Positions 37,325 to 45,019 of a stretch of DNA of 64,000 nt are shown here, piece by piece. Position 1 is the first letter of the stretch; each line of letters starts with the position of its first letter. Under the pieces are notes generated by a model. The model did not search any database. It was not told the origin of the DNA and was given only the letters and a program-made list of their open reading frames with translations. The DNA is from Planctomycetia bacterium. Lineage in GTDB: Bacteria; Planctomycetota; Planctomycetia; Pirellulales; UBA1268. Location of the stretch: the NCBI GenBank assembly GCA_026401035.1, contig JAPLNR010000053.1, positions 89,451 through 153,450 of the forward strand, in the 5' to 3' direction. Position numbers and translations under genes: made by a program.

Positions 37325-38620
37325 GTGGTGGCCGGCGTGGCGCCAGCGAAGGAGGTGTTTCGGCCCTTTGCCGATCCGCTGATCTTCCTCTTCATCGGGT
37401 CATTCCTGCTCGCCGAGGCGATCCGGCTCCACGGGCTCGACCGACGGCTGGCCTACGGGGTGCTCTCGGTGCCATGGGTCGATGAGCGACCACGGCGGAT
37501 TCTCGCGGCCGTCGCGCTCGTGTCGGTGCTCATCAGCGCTTTTATCTCCAATACCTGCACCGCCGCGATGATGATGTCGATCGTGTCGGGCATTCTCGCG
37601 GCCGTGGAGGCGGCAGCCGGCGAAACCGGGCGGCGTCCGTTGCCCGCCTTTGCGACGAGCCTCTTTCTCTGCGTGGCCTTCGCCGCGTCGATCGGCGGCC
37701 TGGCGACGCCGATCGGCACGCCTCCCAACCTGATCGGCCTCGCCTTCATTCGTGACCAGCTCGGCGTGAATGTCTCGTTTCCCGGCTGGTGCGCCATCGG
37801 CGTGCCGGTTGCGGCGGTGCTGGCGACGATCGCCGTGCGGGTGCTCACCTGGCTCTTTCCGGCGGGCGTCGAGCGACTCGACGGCGTGGCGGAGTACGTA
37901 GCGACGGAGCGGACGCGGCTCGGCACCTGGTCGACAGGGCAGCGTTCGACGGCGCTGGCCTTCGCGATCACCGTCGCGCTCTGGGTATTGCCCGGGCTCG
38001 TGCTCGTGGCCCTCGGCGCGAGTCATCCGGCCGCGAAGTGGCTGGCGGCACGGCTACCCGAGGGTGTGGCGGCGCTCATCGGGGCGCTCCTTCTTTTCCT
38101 CTTGCCGGGCGGCGCCCGGCAGGGCCGCTGGCGACCGGCGCTTGAATGGAAGGAAGCGCGGATCGACTGGGACATCGTGCTCCTCTACGGCGGCGGGATG
38201 GCGCTCGGCGAACTCTGCTTTTCGACGGGGCTCGCCGCGGCCATCGGCGGGTCGATCAATGGCTGGATTCCCGCCGGCCCCTGGGGCGGCACGGTGCTCG
38301 TGGCGGTGGCGACCATCGTGGCGGTCATCACGAGCGAATTCACGAGCAACACCGCGAGCGCCAACATGGTCGTGCCCGTGGTGATCGCCCTGGCGCGGGC
38401 CACGGGCAGCGACCCGCTCATGGCCGCGCTCGCCGCGACGTTCGCGGCGAGCCTGGGCTTCATGATGCCGGTGAGCACGCCATGCAACGCGATCGTCTAC
38501 GGCTCTGGCCGGGTGCCGCTCAGGTCCATGATGGCGAGCGGCGCGGTCATCGATGTGGCAGGCACGCTCGTCGTCACGGCGGCCATGCTGATGGCAGGCT
38601 GGTTCTGGATCAATCCATGA
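37325..38620 (+). CDS. DASS/SLC13-family anion:sodium symporter, apparently lacking its N-terminal ~45 residues
   Basis: Homology-like sequence begins at ...AKEVFRPFADPLIFLFIGSFLLAEAIRLHGLDRRLA. The two hairpin motifs are FISNTCTAAMM and SEFTSNTASANM. The first 68 codons of ORF 37121..38620 are repeat-derived and non-hydrophobic. The start (GTG 37325) is a guess. Confidence 0.7.
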   Translation: MVAGVAPAKEVFRPFADPLIFLFIGSFLLAEAIRLHGLDRRLAYGVLSVPWVDERPRRILAAVALVSVLISAFISNTCTAAMMMSIVSGILAAVEAAAGETGRRPLPAFATSLFLCVAFAASIGGLATPIGTPPNLIGLAFIRDQLGVNVSFPGWCAIGVPVAAVLATIAVRVLTWLFPAGVERLDGVAEYVATERTRLGTWSTGQRSTALAFAITVALWVLPGLVLVALGASHPAAKWLAARLPEGVAALIGALLLFLLPGGARQGRWRPALEWKEARIDWDIVLLYGGGMALGELCFSTGLAAAIGGSINGWIPAGPWGGTVLVAVATIVAVITSEFTSNTASANMVVPVVIALARATGSDPLMAALAATFAASLGFMMPVSTPCNAIVYGSGRVPLRSMMASGAVIDVAGTLVVTAAMLMAGWFWINP

Positions 38621-38649
38621 TCGGGGCTGAGATCAGGCTGTGATCTGAA

Positions 38650-39141
38650 TCAGAATCCTCCATCGACGACCGCGCCGCACTGGTGGCAGCGGGGCAGGTG
38701 GGGCGACGGCGGCGTCGGCATGTAGCCCTCGGCGCACCAGGTATGCAGCCGCGGGAAACAGGGCGGCAGCGTCATGCAGTTTGCCCGGGCGTATTGCCGC
38801 AGGTGCAACTGGTGACAGGGCTTGGCCTGGAAGACCACGCCGCCGCATCCGGTTCCGCAGGCCGGACCACATCCCGCTCCGCAGGGCTGACCATGCACGC
38901 TGCCATGCCATGGCGGCCGCTGGACGTTGTTGCAGCCGCAGCCCCCGGCCGACGATCCACCGTCCATCGCGGCGGACATGCCCGACTCCTCGGTCATGGT
39001 GATCGTTTCCTGCGCGACTCGCGCGGCGGGCCGAGCGGAAGGCCGCGCGGCGGGCTGTGCGGCGGCCGTGTTGCTCAGGCAGACCGAGGCCAGCGTTCCG
39101 ACGATCACGAGGAGGGCAAGGGGGGGGCGGACAATTCGCAA
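38650..39141 (-). CDS. secreted Cys/Gly/His-rich protein, unknown function
   Basis: A TTG start at 39141 gives MRIVRPPLALLVIVGTLASVCLSNTAAAQ (a signal peptide). The C-terminal ~100 aa are rich in Cys (GGCGCNN..HGQPCGAGCGPACGTGCGG...PCHQLH...CFPRLHTWC...RCHQCG). A GGAG lies 11 nt upstream. The start is uncertain. Confidence 0.4.
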   Translation of the reverse strand: MRIVRPPLALLVIVGTLASVCLSNTAAAQPAARPSARPAARVAQETITMTEESGMSAAMDGGSSAGGCGCNNVQRPPWHGSVHGQPCGAGCGPACGTGCGGVVFQAKPCHQLHLRQYARANCMTLPPCFPRLHTWCAEGYMPTPPSPHLPRCHQCGAVVDGGF

Positions 39142-39296
39142 CGTACCAGACTCCAGGGCAGGCAGTGACGGGTCACCACGATCCACACGGGGTGTTTCGT
39201 CGCGGAGCGGGCCGGCAGTTGAACGACGGCGCAAACAGGTGGAGCCATGCCAATTGTGCGGATCATGCTGCCGTTCTGCCGGCCGCATTGGGTAAG

Positions 39297-40538
39297 ATGC
39301 TGCCCATGAAACGGACAAGCATCGCACTCGACTATGGTGGCACGGATCCGCTCACGCTCGACGTGGAGGTGTCGGCCCTCGTGGCCGATTGCCTCGGGCC
39401 GCAGGGCGCCACCGCGACAGAGGCCACGAAGCTCGTGGGCGGGGCGGTCGCCAATCCACCGTCCGGTCCGCCGCTGGCCGCCCATGTGGTGCCGGGGGAC
39501 CGCGTGGCGATCGCGTTTGCCGGTGACGTGCCGCAGATGGCCGCCGTGACGGCAGCCGTGGTCGCGCAGATCTCCGCAGCCGGCGTCGCGGCGAACGACA
39601 TCACGCTGCTCCACGCCCCGCCGCTCGAGGCGGTCGCGGGGCCGGCGACGGCCGCAGCACTGCCGGCGGCTCTGGGCGGCCCGGGGAGCGTTCACGAATT
39701 CGATCCCGCCGTCGTGGCCGACACGGCCTACCTCACGGCCGACGAGGATGCGCGGCCGCTCCACCTCGCCCGCACGCTCGTCGATGCCGACGTGGTCGTG
39801 TCGATCGGCGGCTGGGGTTTCGACGCGGCGCTCGGCGGCCGGTCGCTCGACGGAGAACTCTGGCCCACGTTCGCCCGGCAGAGCTGTCGGCAGGATCTCA
39901 TTCGCACGTTGGCGAAGAAGGGCCGCCATGCCCTCGCGGGCTGGCGGTCGAACATGCAGGAGATCACCTGGCAGCTCGGCGTCTGCGCGAGCCTGCGGCT
40001 GGTGGCAGGCCGCGGCGATTCGCTCGCGGCCGCATGCTTCGGCCTGCCGGAGACCGCCGCGCGGCAGGCCCGCGAACAGGCCGCGGCCTGGAGCCCGGAG
40101 GTGAGAGCGCCGGCGGCGCTCACGATCTGCTCGCTCGCCAGCCCGCAGCGTGGATTTGCCGCGATCACGCGGGCCGTGGCGGCGGCCGCCCGTGTGACCC
40201 AGCCCGGCGGAACGGTCTGCATCGCCAGCACGGTCACCGCACCCCCGGGCACGATCTTCACCCGCTGGCGGCAGGGCGCGCCACTCGAGCCGCTCATCCA
40301 CGAGGCGATCGGCACGGGCGATTCGGCTCTCATCGCCGACGCGGTCGAGACGCGGCTCTTCGCCCGGGCGCTCGACGATCGCCGACTCGTGCTGCTCTCG
40401 GCCCTCGACGAGTCGACGGTCGAGGACCTCGAATTCGGCTTCGCCGACACCCCCGCCGTCGTGGAACGACTCGCCCGGCGGGCCGAAAGCCTGATCGTGC
40501 TCCGTGAAGCCGACCGGATGTTTCCCCGGCTCTCGTAG
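39297..40538 (+). CDS. LarA-like (lactate racemase N-terminal domain/DUF2088-type) protein
   Basis: ORF 39057..40538 trimmed to ATG 39297. The layout VVPGDRVAIAF..., ADVVVSIGGWGFDAALGGRS and PGGTVCIAS parallels the LarA blocks (..IVIISSDHTRP.., ADLLISEGFIESHFFAGFSGGRK, EGGTIIMVA). Key residues differ. Confidence 0.55.
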   Translation: MLPMKRTSIALDYGGTDPLTLDVEVSALVADCLGPQGATATEATKLVGGAVANPPSGPPLAAHVVPGDRVAIAFAGDVPQMAAVTAAVVAQISAAGVAANDITLLHAPPLEAVAGPATAAALPAALGGPGSVHEFDPAVVADTAYLTADEDARPLHLARTLVDADVVVSIGGWGFDAALGGRSLDGELWPTFARQSCRQDLIRTLAKKGRHALAGWRSNMQEITWQLGVCASLRLVAGRGDSLAAACFGLPETAARQAREQAAAWSPEVRAPAALTICSLASPQRGFAAITRAVAAAARVTQPGGTVCIASTVTAPPGTIFTRWRQGAPLEPLIHEAIGTGDSALIADAVETRLFARALDDRRLVLLSALDESTVEDLEFGFADTPAVVERLARRAESLIVLREADRMFPRLS

Positions 40539-40556
40539 GACAGGCTTCAGCCTGTC
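40536..40556 (+). repeat. REP-like hairpin TAGGACAGGCTTCAGCCTGTC (the TAG is the stop of the LarA-like gene)
   Basis: Identical 21-mer to 30026 and 51936. Confidence 0.85.
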
Positions 40557-40558
40557 TC

Positions 40559-40592
40559 ATAAAAAACAAACCGGGCCGCTTTCGCGGCCCGG
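40559..40592 (-). terminator. intrinsic terminator for the PEP-CTERM gene
   Basis: The minus strand reads CCGGGCCGC-gaaa-GCGGCCCGG followed by TTTGTTTTTTAT. It has a 9-bp GC stem and lies 86 nt after the stop at 40678. Confidence 0.7.
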
Positions 40593-40677
40593 TTCGCTGA
40601 ACTCCATCCACCACCACGCGGATGTTGTGTATTGCGACCGATACGAAGCCTCGGTCGAGGGCCTTTCAGCCAAGCGA

Positions 40678-41625
40678 TCAAGCCGTCAAGGCGATCGCTC
40701 CGTTCAGGTCACCAGCAGCCTGCCCCTGATCATCACCTTCGTCACTATCTTGGCTCCGCTGCTTGCGGCGGCGGTAGCCATTGGCGACGACGGCCACGGC
40801 ACCCAGGCCCGCGAGAATGATCGTCGGCGGTTCGGGGACGGGAACAGGGATCGCGGCAGCGGGACCATTCACGTTGAAGTTCGTGACTCTCGTCTCTGCC
40901 GCACCATAGACACTGGCAGCACCGATGACCGCCGTGTATTGGAAGGCGATCTGTGTGATGTTAGCCGATGGACTGAGGCCGGCCGTGGCACGAAGTGCAG
41001 CCCAGTCGAGAACTGTGGAACCCTGCCAGCTGCCCGTCGTGGCGGCATTTTGCGGCCCGTTGTCGGTAACGTCCGAAGGAACGATCAGCATTGAGCCGGC
41101 AATCGGTGCACCACCGCTATACGGCGCCCAGTCCACTCCGGTGACCTGTACGGAGTAGTCGCCCGACATCGTCACCTTGGCGATCGATGCCGGCGTACCC
41201 ACGCCTATATCGCCAGCTGCGAACGGCGCCCACACACTGTATGAGCCTGCAATATTGAAACTGATGCCCGTCAAAGCGTAACCAAGGTAACCGGGATCCC
41301 CTGGGAGGGAGTTGCCGCTGATGTCCATGTTCAACTGTGAACTCTTGGTCTTCAACTCGAAAAGAGTGCTTTGGTCGGTCTGGACGAAACCCTGGGGCCC
41401 AAACGACAGCTGGGAATTCGGGTTGTTCGTCAACACAGGAGTCGCGGGGACAAACAACCCAGGGGGGATCGTCGCGCCGCTCTCTGAGACATTGGCGTAC
41501 GTCACCTCTGTGCCTACGAACGTGCCATAGTTCAGGGTGCCGGCTTGGCCAGCCAGCGACCCGAGGGCGGCACTGAAAAACAGTGCCACGGGAAGCACCC
41601 GCATGCGGGAAGATCTTGCAGACAT
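40678..41625 (-). CDS. PEP-CTERM-anchored secreted protein
   Basis: ORF 40678..42372 trimmed to ATG 41625 (MSARSSRMRVLPVALFFSAALGSLAGQA signal peptide). Near the C-terminus it has VPEPPTIILAGLGAVAVVANGYRRRKQR (PEP, TM, then Arg cluster), followed by an extra ~25-aa acidic tail. Confidence 0.75.
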   Translation of the reverse strand: MSARSSRMRVLPVALFFSAALGSLAGQAGTLNYGTFVGTEVTYANVSESGATIPPGLFVPATPVLTNNPNSQLSFGPQGFVQTDQSTLFELKTKSSQLNMDISGNSLPGDPGYLGYALTGISFNIAGSYSVWAPFAAGDIGVGTPASIAKVTMSGDYSVQVTGVDWAPYSGGAPIAGSMLIVPSDVTDNGPQNAATTGSWQGSTVLDWAALRATAGLSPSANITQIAFQYTAVIGAASVYGAAETRVTNFNVNGPAAAIPVPVPEPPTIILAGLGAVAVVANGYRRRKQRSQDSDEGDDQGQAAGDLNGAIALTA

Positions 41626-42080
41626 GGTTCGTGATCCTGTCTTCGTGATGGAGTTCAGAGCGTTCGGAGACGGTGAGGCTCCTGCCAGGGTGGCCTCCGG
41701 CGGGGATGAGCCCGACGGATCCCGCGGTGGTGAGGCAGTCGAAAAGTGGTGGTGACTGCTCACCGGCCAGCGGCCAGGTGAATGGGGGGGGTGGTTTGCG
41801 GGTGGCCGTCGTGTCGCGGTCGCCTGCATCTCCGGGGCGACGTGGTGCATCCACACCCGCCGCCGTCTGGCCTTCCGCGCCACGCGTCGCCGCGTGTTAC
41901 GGGCGAGCGGCCCGCGAAGGCGGCGCGAGTTCGTGCGCTGCCTGAGCCGCGAGGGGCTGCCGGATCGGGTTGGTCGGGAACGAGGCATGGAAACACGCTT
42001 TGCTGACGGACTGATCGGACTGGGAACACAGGGCGAGAAACGGACGGGATCGACTGCTGAACCGACGTGGACGGGGGCGA

Positions 42081-42263
42081 CTACCAGGCAAACCGCTTGT
42101 TGCGGCGGCGGTGGATGCCGTTGGCAGACGTCGGACGGCTGCCGGACCGGGCGTAGCGGGGCTGCGCGGTGCGGCGGGATTCGTGATCGCTCTCGCGGCG
42201 ATCGCGGATGCGCTGCGACGAGTAGTCGAGGTTCATTTCGTCGGCATGGTTCGGGGCTGACAT
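42081..42263 (-). CDS. small Arg-rich basic protein (60 aa), unknown function
   Basis: An AAGGAG SD sequence lies 9 nt upstream of ATG 42263. The gene sits 75 nt after the receiver-like gene. No homologue recognised. Confidence 0.4.
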   Translation of the reverse strand: MSAPNHADEMNLDYSSQRIRDRRESDHESRRTAQPRYARSGSRPTSANGIHRRRNKRFAW

Positions 42264-42337
42264 GGTGAGCTTCTCCTTGACTGAATGGGGCTGAACGGGG
42301 CTGAAAAAGTCGTTGTGTGAAAACTAAAACCGCGGGA

Positions 42338-42832
42338 TCACCAGGCACCGGCGAAGGTCGGAGCACCGGCACGGAGGCGACGGGCCTCCACGCAGAGGCT
42401 CGTCAGGCTGTCGCCATCGCACACGCCGGGCAGATAGAGCCATGCGCCCAACTGACGGGCCCAGAGCTCCTCGTCGACGTTGTCTTCCGAGCCGCAGATC
42501 ACCAGCAGCGTGCCCGGTCGGGCAGCCAGTTCTTCCGCGATCTCGATCGTGTCGTTCACGCGGTCGCCGAGCGGCACGGCGATGTCGACGATCGCCAACT
42601 GAAAGTCGCGGTCGACGGCCTGGCGAAGATCACTAGTCGTTGCGGGCGACGCACATTCGAGCCATCCGGCGAGTTCAACAGCCGCTTCAAAACGGCTGCG
42701 ACGCGACGCATCGCCCGACACTACCAGGCAGTCGAGAAGTCCGGCCCGGCGGACACCACGCGGGCTGACCGCGTCGGCCGACTTGGGCGTCATCACTTCC
42801 GACGCGATACCTACTGCTGCAACCATCATCAT
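42338..42832 (-). CDS. receiver-like (pseudo-receiver) domain protein
   Basis: Trimmed to the ATGATGATG at 42832, preceded by AAAGGAGGTG. It has a CheY-like topology (CLVVSGD..., FQLAIVDIAVP, LLVICGSED, GAWLYLPG), but the N-terminal acidic pair is SGD. Confidence 0.5.
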   Translation of the reverse strand: MMMVAAVGIASEVMTPKSADAVSPRGVRRAGLLDCLVVSGDASRRSRFEAAVELAGWLECASPATTSDLRQAVDRDFQLAIVDIAVPLGDRVNDTIEIAEELAARPGTLLVICGSEDNVDEELWARQLGAWLYLPGVCDGDSLTSLCVEARRLRAGAPTFAGAW

Positions 42833-43122
42833 CGTGCACCTCCTTTGGATCTGCTTGCTTCGCCTTGCGGCACAAGAAGGAAATGCACAGCGCGTGCCAA
42901 ACAGCGCCGCAGGAACATGCGCGGTGCGCAAGCGGCTTGTCGCACGGCACTTGCGGCCAAAAGAATTTTTTTGGCGCGGGGAAAACGGCCGGCGGTCGAC
43001 TCACCATGGTGGTGATGCCAATTCACGCCGCGGCGGCCCGAACGCGAGAAGAGCCCTTGTTTCCAAGGGGCTCAGGCACTTCCTCACCAGAGTGGTGAGG
43101 TCTCACCAGAACGGTGGCTGCT

Positions 43123-44130
43123 TTACCGGTCCGGGAAATTCAGCACGCGATGGACCAAGCGGTCGGCGGTAATCGGCCCCCAGTGGCGGGAATCACGGCT
43201 GCCTGATGGAAAATCGCCGAGCACGAACACGTCATCCGGCCCGAGACTCCACTCCGTGACCCCGTCGGCCGCCGGCCGGTGCAGGATGTCGCGCCAGACG
43301 GAAAGCCTGTCGATCGTGATCACGGCGTCTGCACCATCCTGCTTGAATGCCGGCTCGAGCCGGCATTCGAGCAGGGGTGGGTGGTCCGGCACTGCGTCGC
43401 CAGCGGGCCAGTGCCGGGCGATACTCCACTCGGCCGGTGCGCCGCCAGGGAGAGCGGCACGCTGTGTCACAGCACCGCGTGCTCCAGGAGGCACGGGCCA
43501 GGCTACGGGCCAGGCGGCAGCCACAAACCGGCCGTCGAGCCGGCCAGCAACGAGGACAAACTGTCCGGAGGCTGTGGGCGTGAATCGAGCCGCCCGCGCA
43601 TCGACCGAGAGGATCACCCCCGCAGGCATTGCCGGGCTCACCTGCAGGGTGACGATGGCGGCGATCCCGACATCATGTACGGGCAATAACAGCCGGCGTT
43701 CCTCCGGCGCGAAGGCGGCGTCATCGAGAATCGGGGCCTCCACGAGCAGGCGGATCACGCCCGCGGACGAGCGCTCTTCCACGACGGCCACGGGCGTTGC
43801 GATCTGGGTGAGCACGGGGGGAGGCGTGAGCAGCCGTGCGCCGTCGATGGACAGATCGCCGGCCGCGATCCCGACGCGTTCGCCCGGCAGGCCCACGAGC
43901 CGCTTGATGGTGCTGCTGCCGTCCGGCGCCTGCACGATCCAGCGGTCGAACCGTCGGCGGCGCCGCAGGCTGTCGAGCGCTGGAAATGCCCCGCTCGCCA
44001 CGACATCGCCAGGGAGCAGTCCCGGCGCCATCGACAGGCCGTCGACCTCCCAGCGAAGCGGCCGGGCCGCGAGCAGCGCTAGCGCAGCTAGGGCCACAAC
44101 GGTCACGATGATCGGCAGACGACGAGGCAT
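43123..44130 (-). CDS. lepB: signal peptidase I
   Basis: ORF 43123..44391 trimmed to ATG 44130 (MPRRLPIIVTVVALAALALLA TM). The blocks are the catalytic-Ser block GLSMAPGL, IKRLVGLPGE and GDFPSGSRDSRHWG. There is a long insertion between boxes. Confidence 0.8.
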   Translation of the reverse strand: MPRRLPIIVTVVALAALALLAARPLRWEVDGLSMAPGLLPGDVVASGAFPALDSLRRRRRFDRWIVQAPDGSSTIKRLVGLPGERVGIAAGDLSIDGARLLTPPPVLTQIATPVAVVEERSSAGVIRLLVEAPILDDAAFAPEERRLLLPVHDVGIAAIVTLQVSPAMPAGVILSVDARAARFTPTASGQFVLVAGRLDGRFVAAAWPVAWPVPPGARGAVTQRAALPGGAPAEWSIARHWPAGDAVPDHPPLLECRLEPAFKQDGADAVITIDRLSVWRDILHRPAADGVTEWSLGPDDVFVLGDFPSGSRDSRHWGPITADRLVHRVLNFPDR

Positions 44131-44276
44131 GTCGGTCAGTATCGCAGGGCCGCAGACGGGCAGAAGCCCGTCCCGATCCTGTTCGGCACGGCCCGGGCCA
44201 GGCCCGGAGGGCCGGGTTGAAGCCAGCCACCGGATGTTTCCCGTGAAGCCACCTGCTGGGGAGGCGAGGCCGGAAG

Positions 44277-44318
44277 TGCAGCGCGAAGGAGACTTCTGCC
44301 GCCGGCGACCAATGCGGG
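44277..44318 (+). repeat. right-half fragment of the palindromic element (copy D)
   Basis: TGCAGCGCGAAGGAGACTTCTGCCGCCGGCGACCAATGCGGG matches the right arm and tail of copy E almost exactly. Confidence 0.75.
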
Positions 44319-44344
44319 TGAGCGGCACGGCGGCACAGACGAGG

Positions 44345-45019
44345 TCATGGCTTGGGGGCGCGGCGGCGGATTTCGAGGAGCACGCTCTCATTGTCGCTAC
44401 CCCGGATCGGCCAGGCGGCGATGCGCCGGACTGTGACCTTCTTCACGAAGCCCTTGTGCCGGGCCTCCCCTTTCTCGTCCTCCCACCGGGGACCCTTGAT
44501 GACGAGCAGCCGGCTGTAACTCTCGCACAGCGGCTCGAACCAGCCGAGGAGTTTGATCAGCGGCGCCACCGCCCGAACGACGAGTGTGTCGAAGCGGTTC
44601 TTTCCGGTGGCCGCTTTGATCACGATCCCCTGCGCCGCCCCCTCATGCACCGGGATCGCGAGGCCGCTCTCGGCCACGATCTCGCGGACAGCCTTCGCCT
44701 TTTTGGCCACGCTGTCGCAAAGCTCGACCCGGAGGTCGGGGCGGAGAATGGCGAGGATCACGCCCGGCACGCCGCCGCCGGTGCCGACGTCGAGCACGTG
44801 CTCGTTCGCGGCCAGGTGCGGGGCGATCGCCACGGCATCGGCCACGTCGCGGGAGACGAATTTCTCGACGTCCGTGTGCCGGGTGAGATTCAGCCGCTCG
44901 TTCCAAGACCAGAGGCTCGCCGCATAGGCGGCGAGCCTCTGGGTGGATTCGGATGGCACCGCAAGGCCCAGGCGCTGCGCTTCGTCGGCAATCGCCCGGG
45001 CAAGCTCTTGGTGCATCAC
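44345..45019 (-). CDS. rsmG: 16S rRNA (guanine527-N7)-methyltransferase
   Basis: NLTR....E.F..R...[17 protein letters not shown]...V.L.DS..KK and LVVRAVA blocks. It overlaps glnN by 4 nt. Confidence 0.88.
   Translation of the reverse strand: MMHQELARAIADEAQRLGLAVPSESTQRLAAYAASLWSWNERLNLTRHTDVEKFVSRDVADAVAIAPHLAANEHVLDVGTGGGVPGVILAILRPDLRVELCDSVAKKAKAVREIVAESGLAIPVHEGAAQGIVIKAATGKNRFDTLVVRAVAPLIKLLGWFEPLCESYSRLLVIKGPRWEDEKGEARHKGFVKKVTVRRIAAWPIRGSDNESVLLEIRRRAPKP

Noticed and set aside
37348-37356. A perfect AAGGAGGTG SD-like sequence inside the DASS ORF, as evidence for a downstream start.
   Set aside because: There is no in-frame ATG, GTG or TTG at suitable spacing: the GTG at 37355 is inside the motif, and the TTG at 37368 is out of frame. 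The motif encodes the conserved Lys-Glu-Val.
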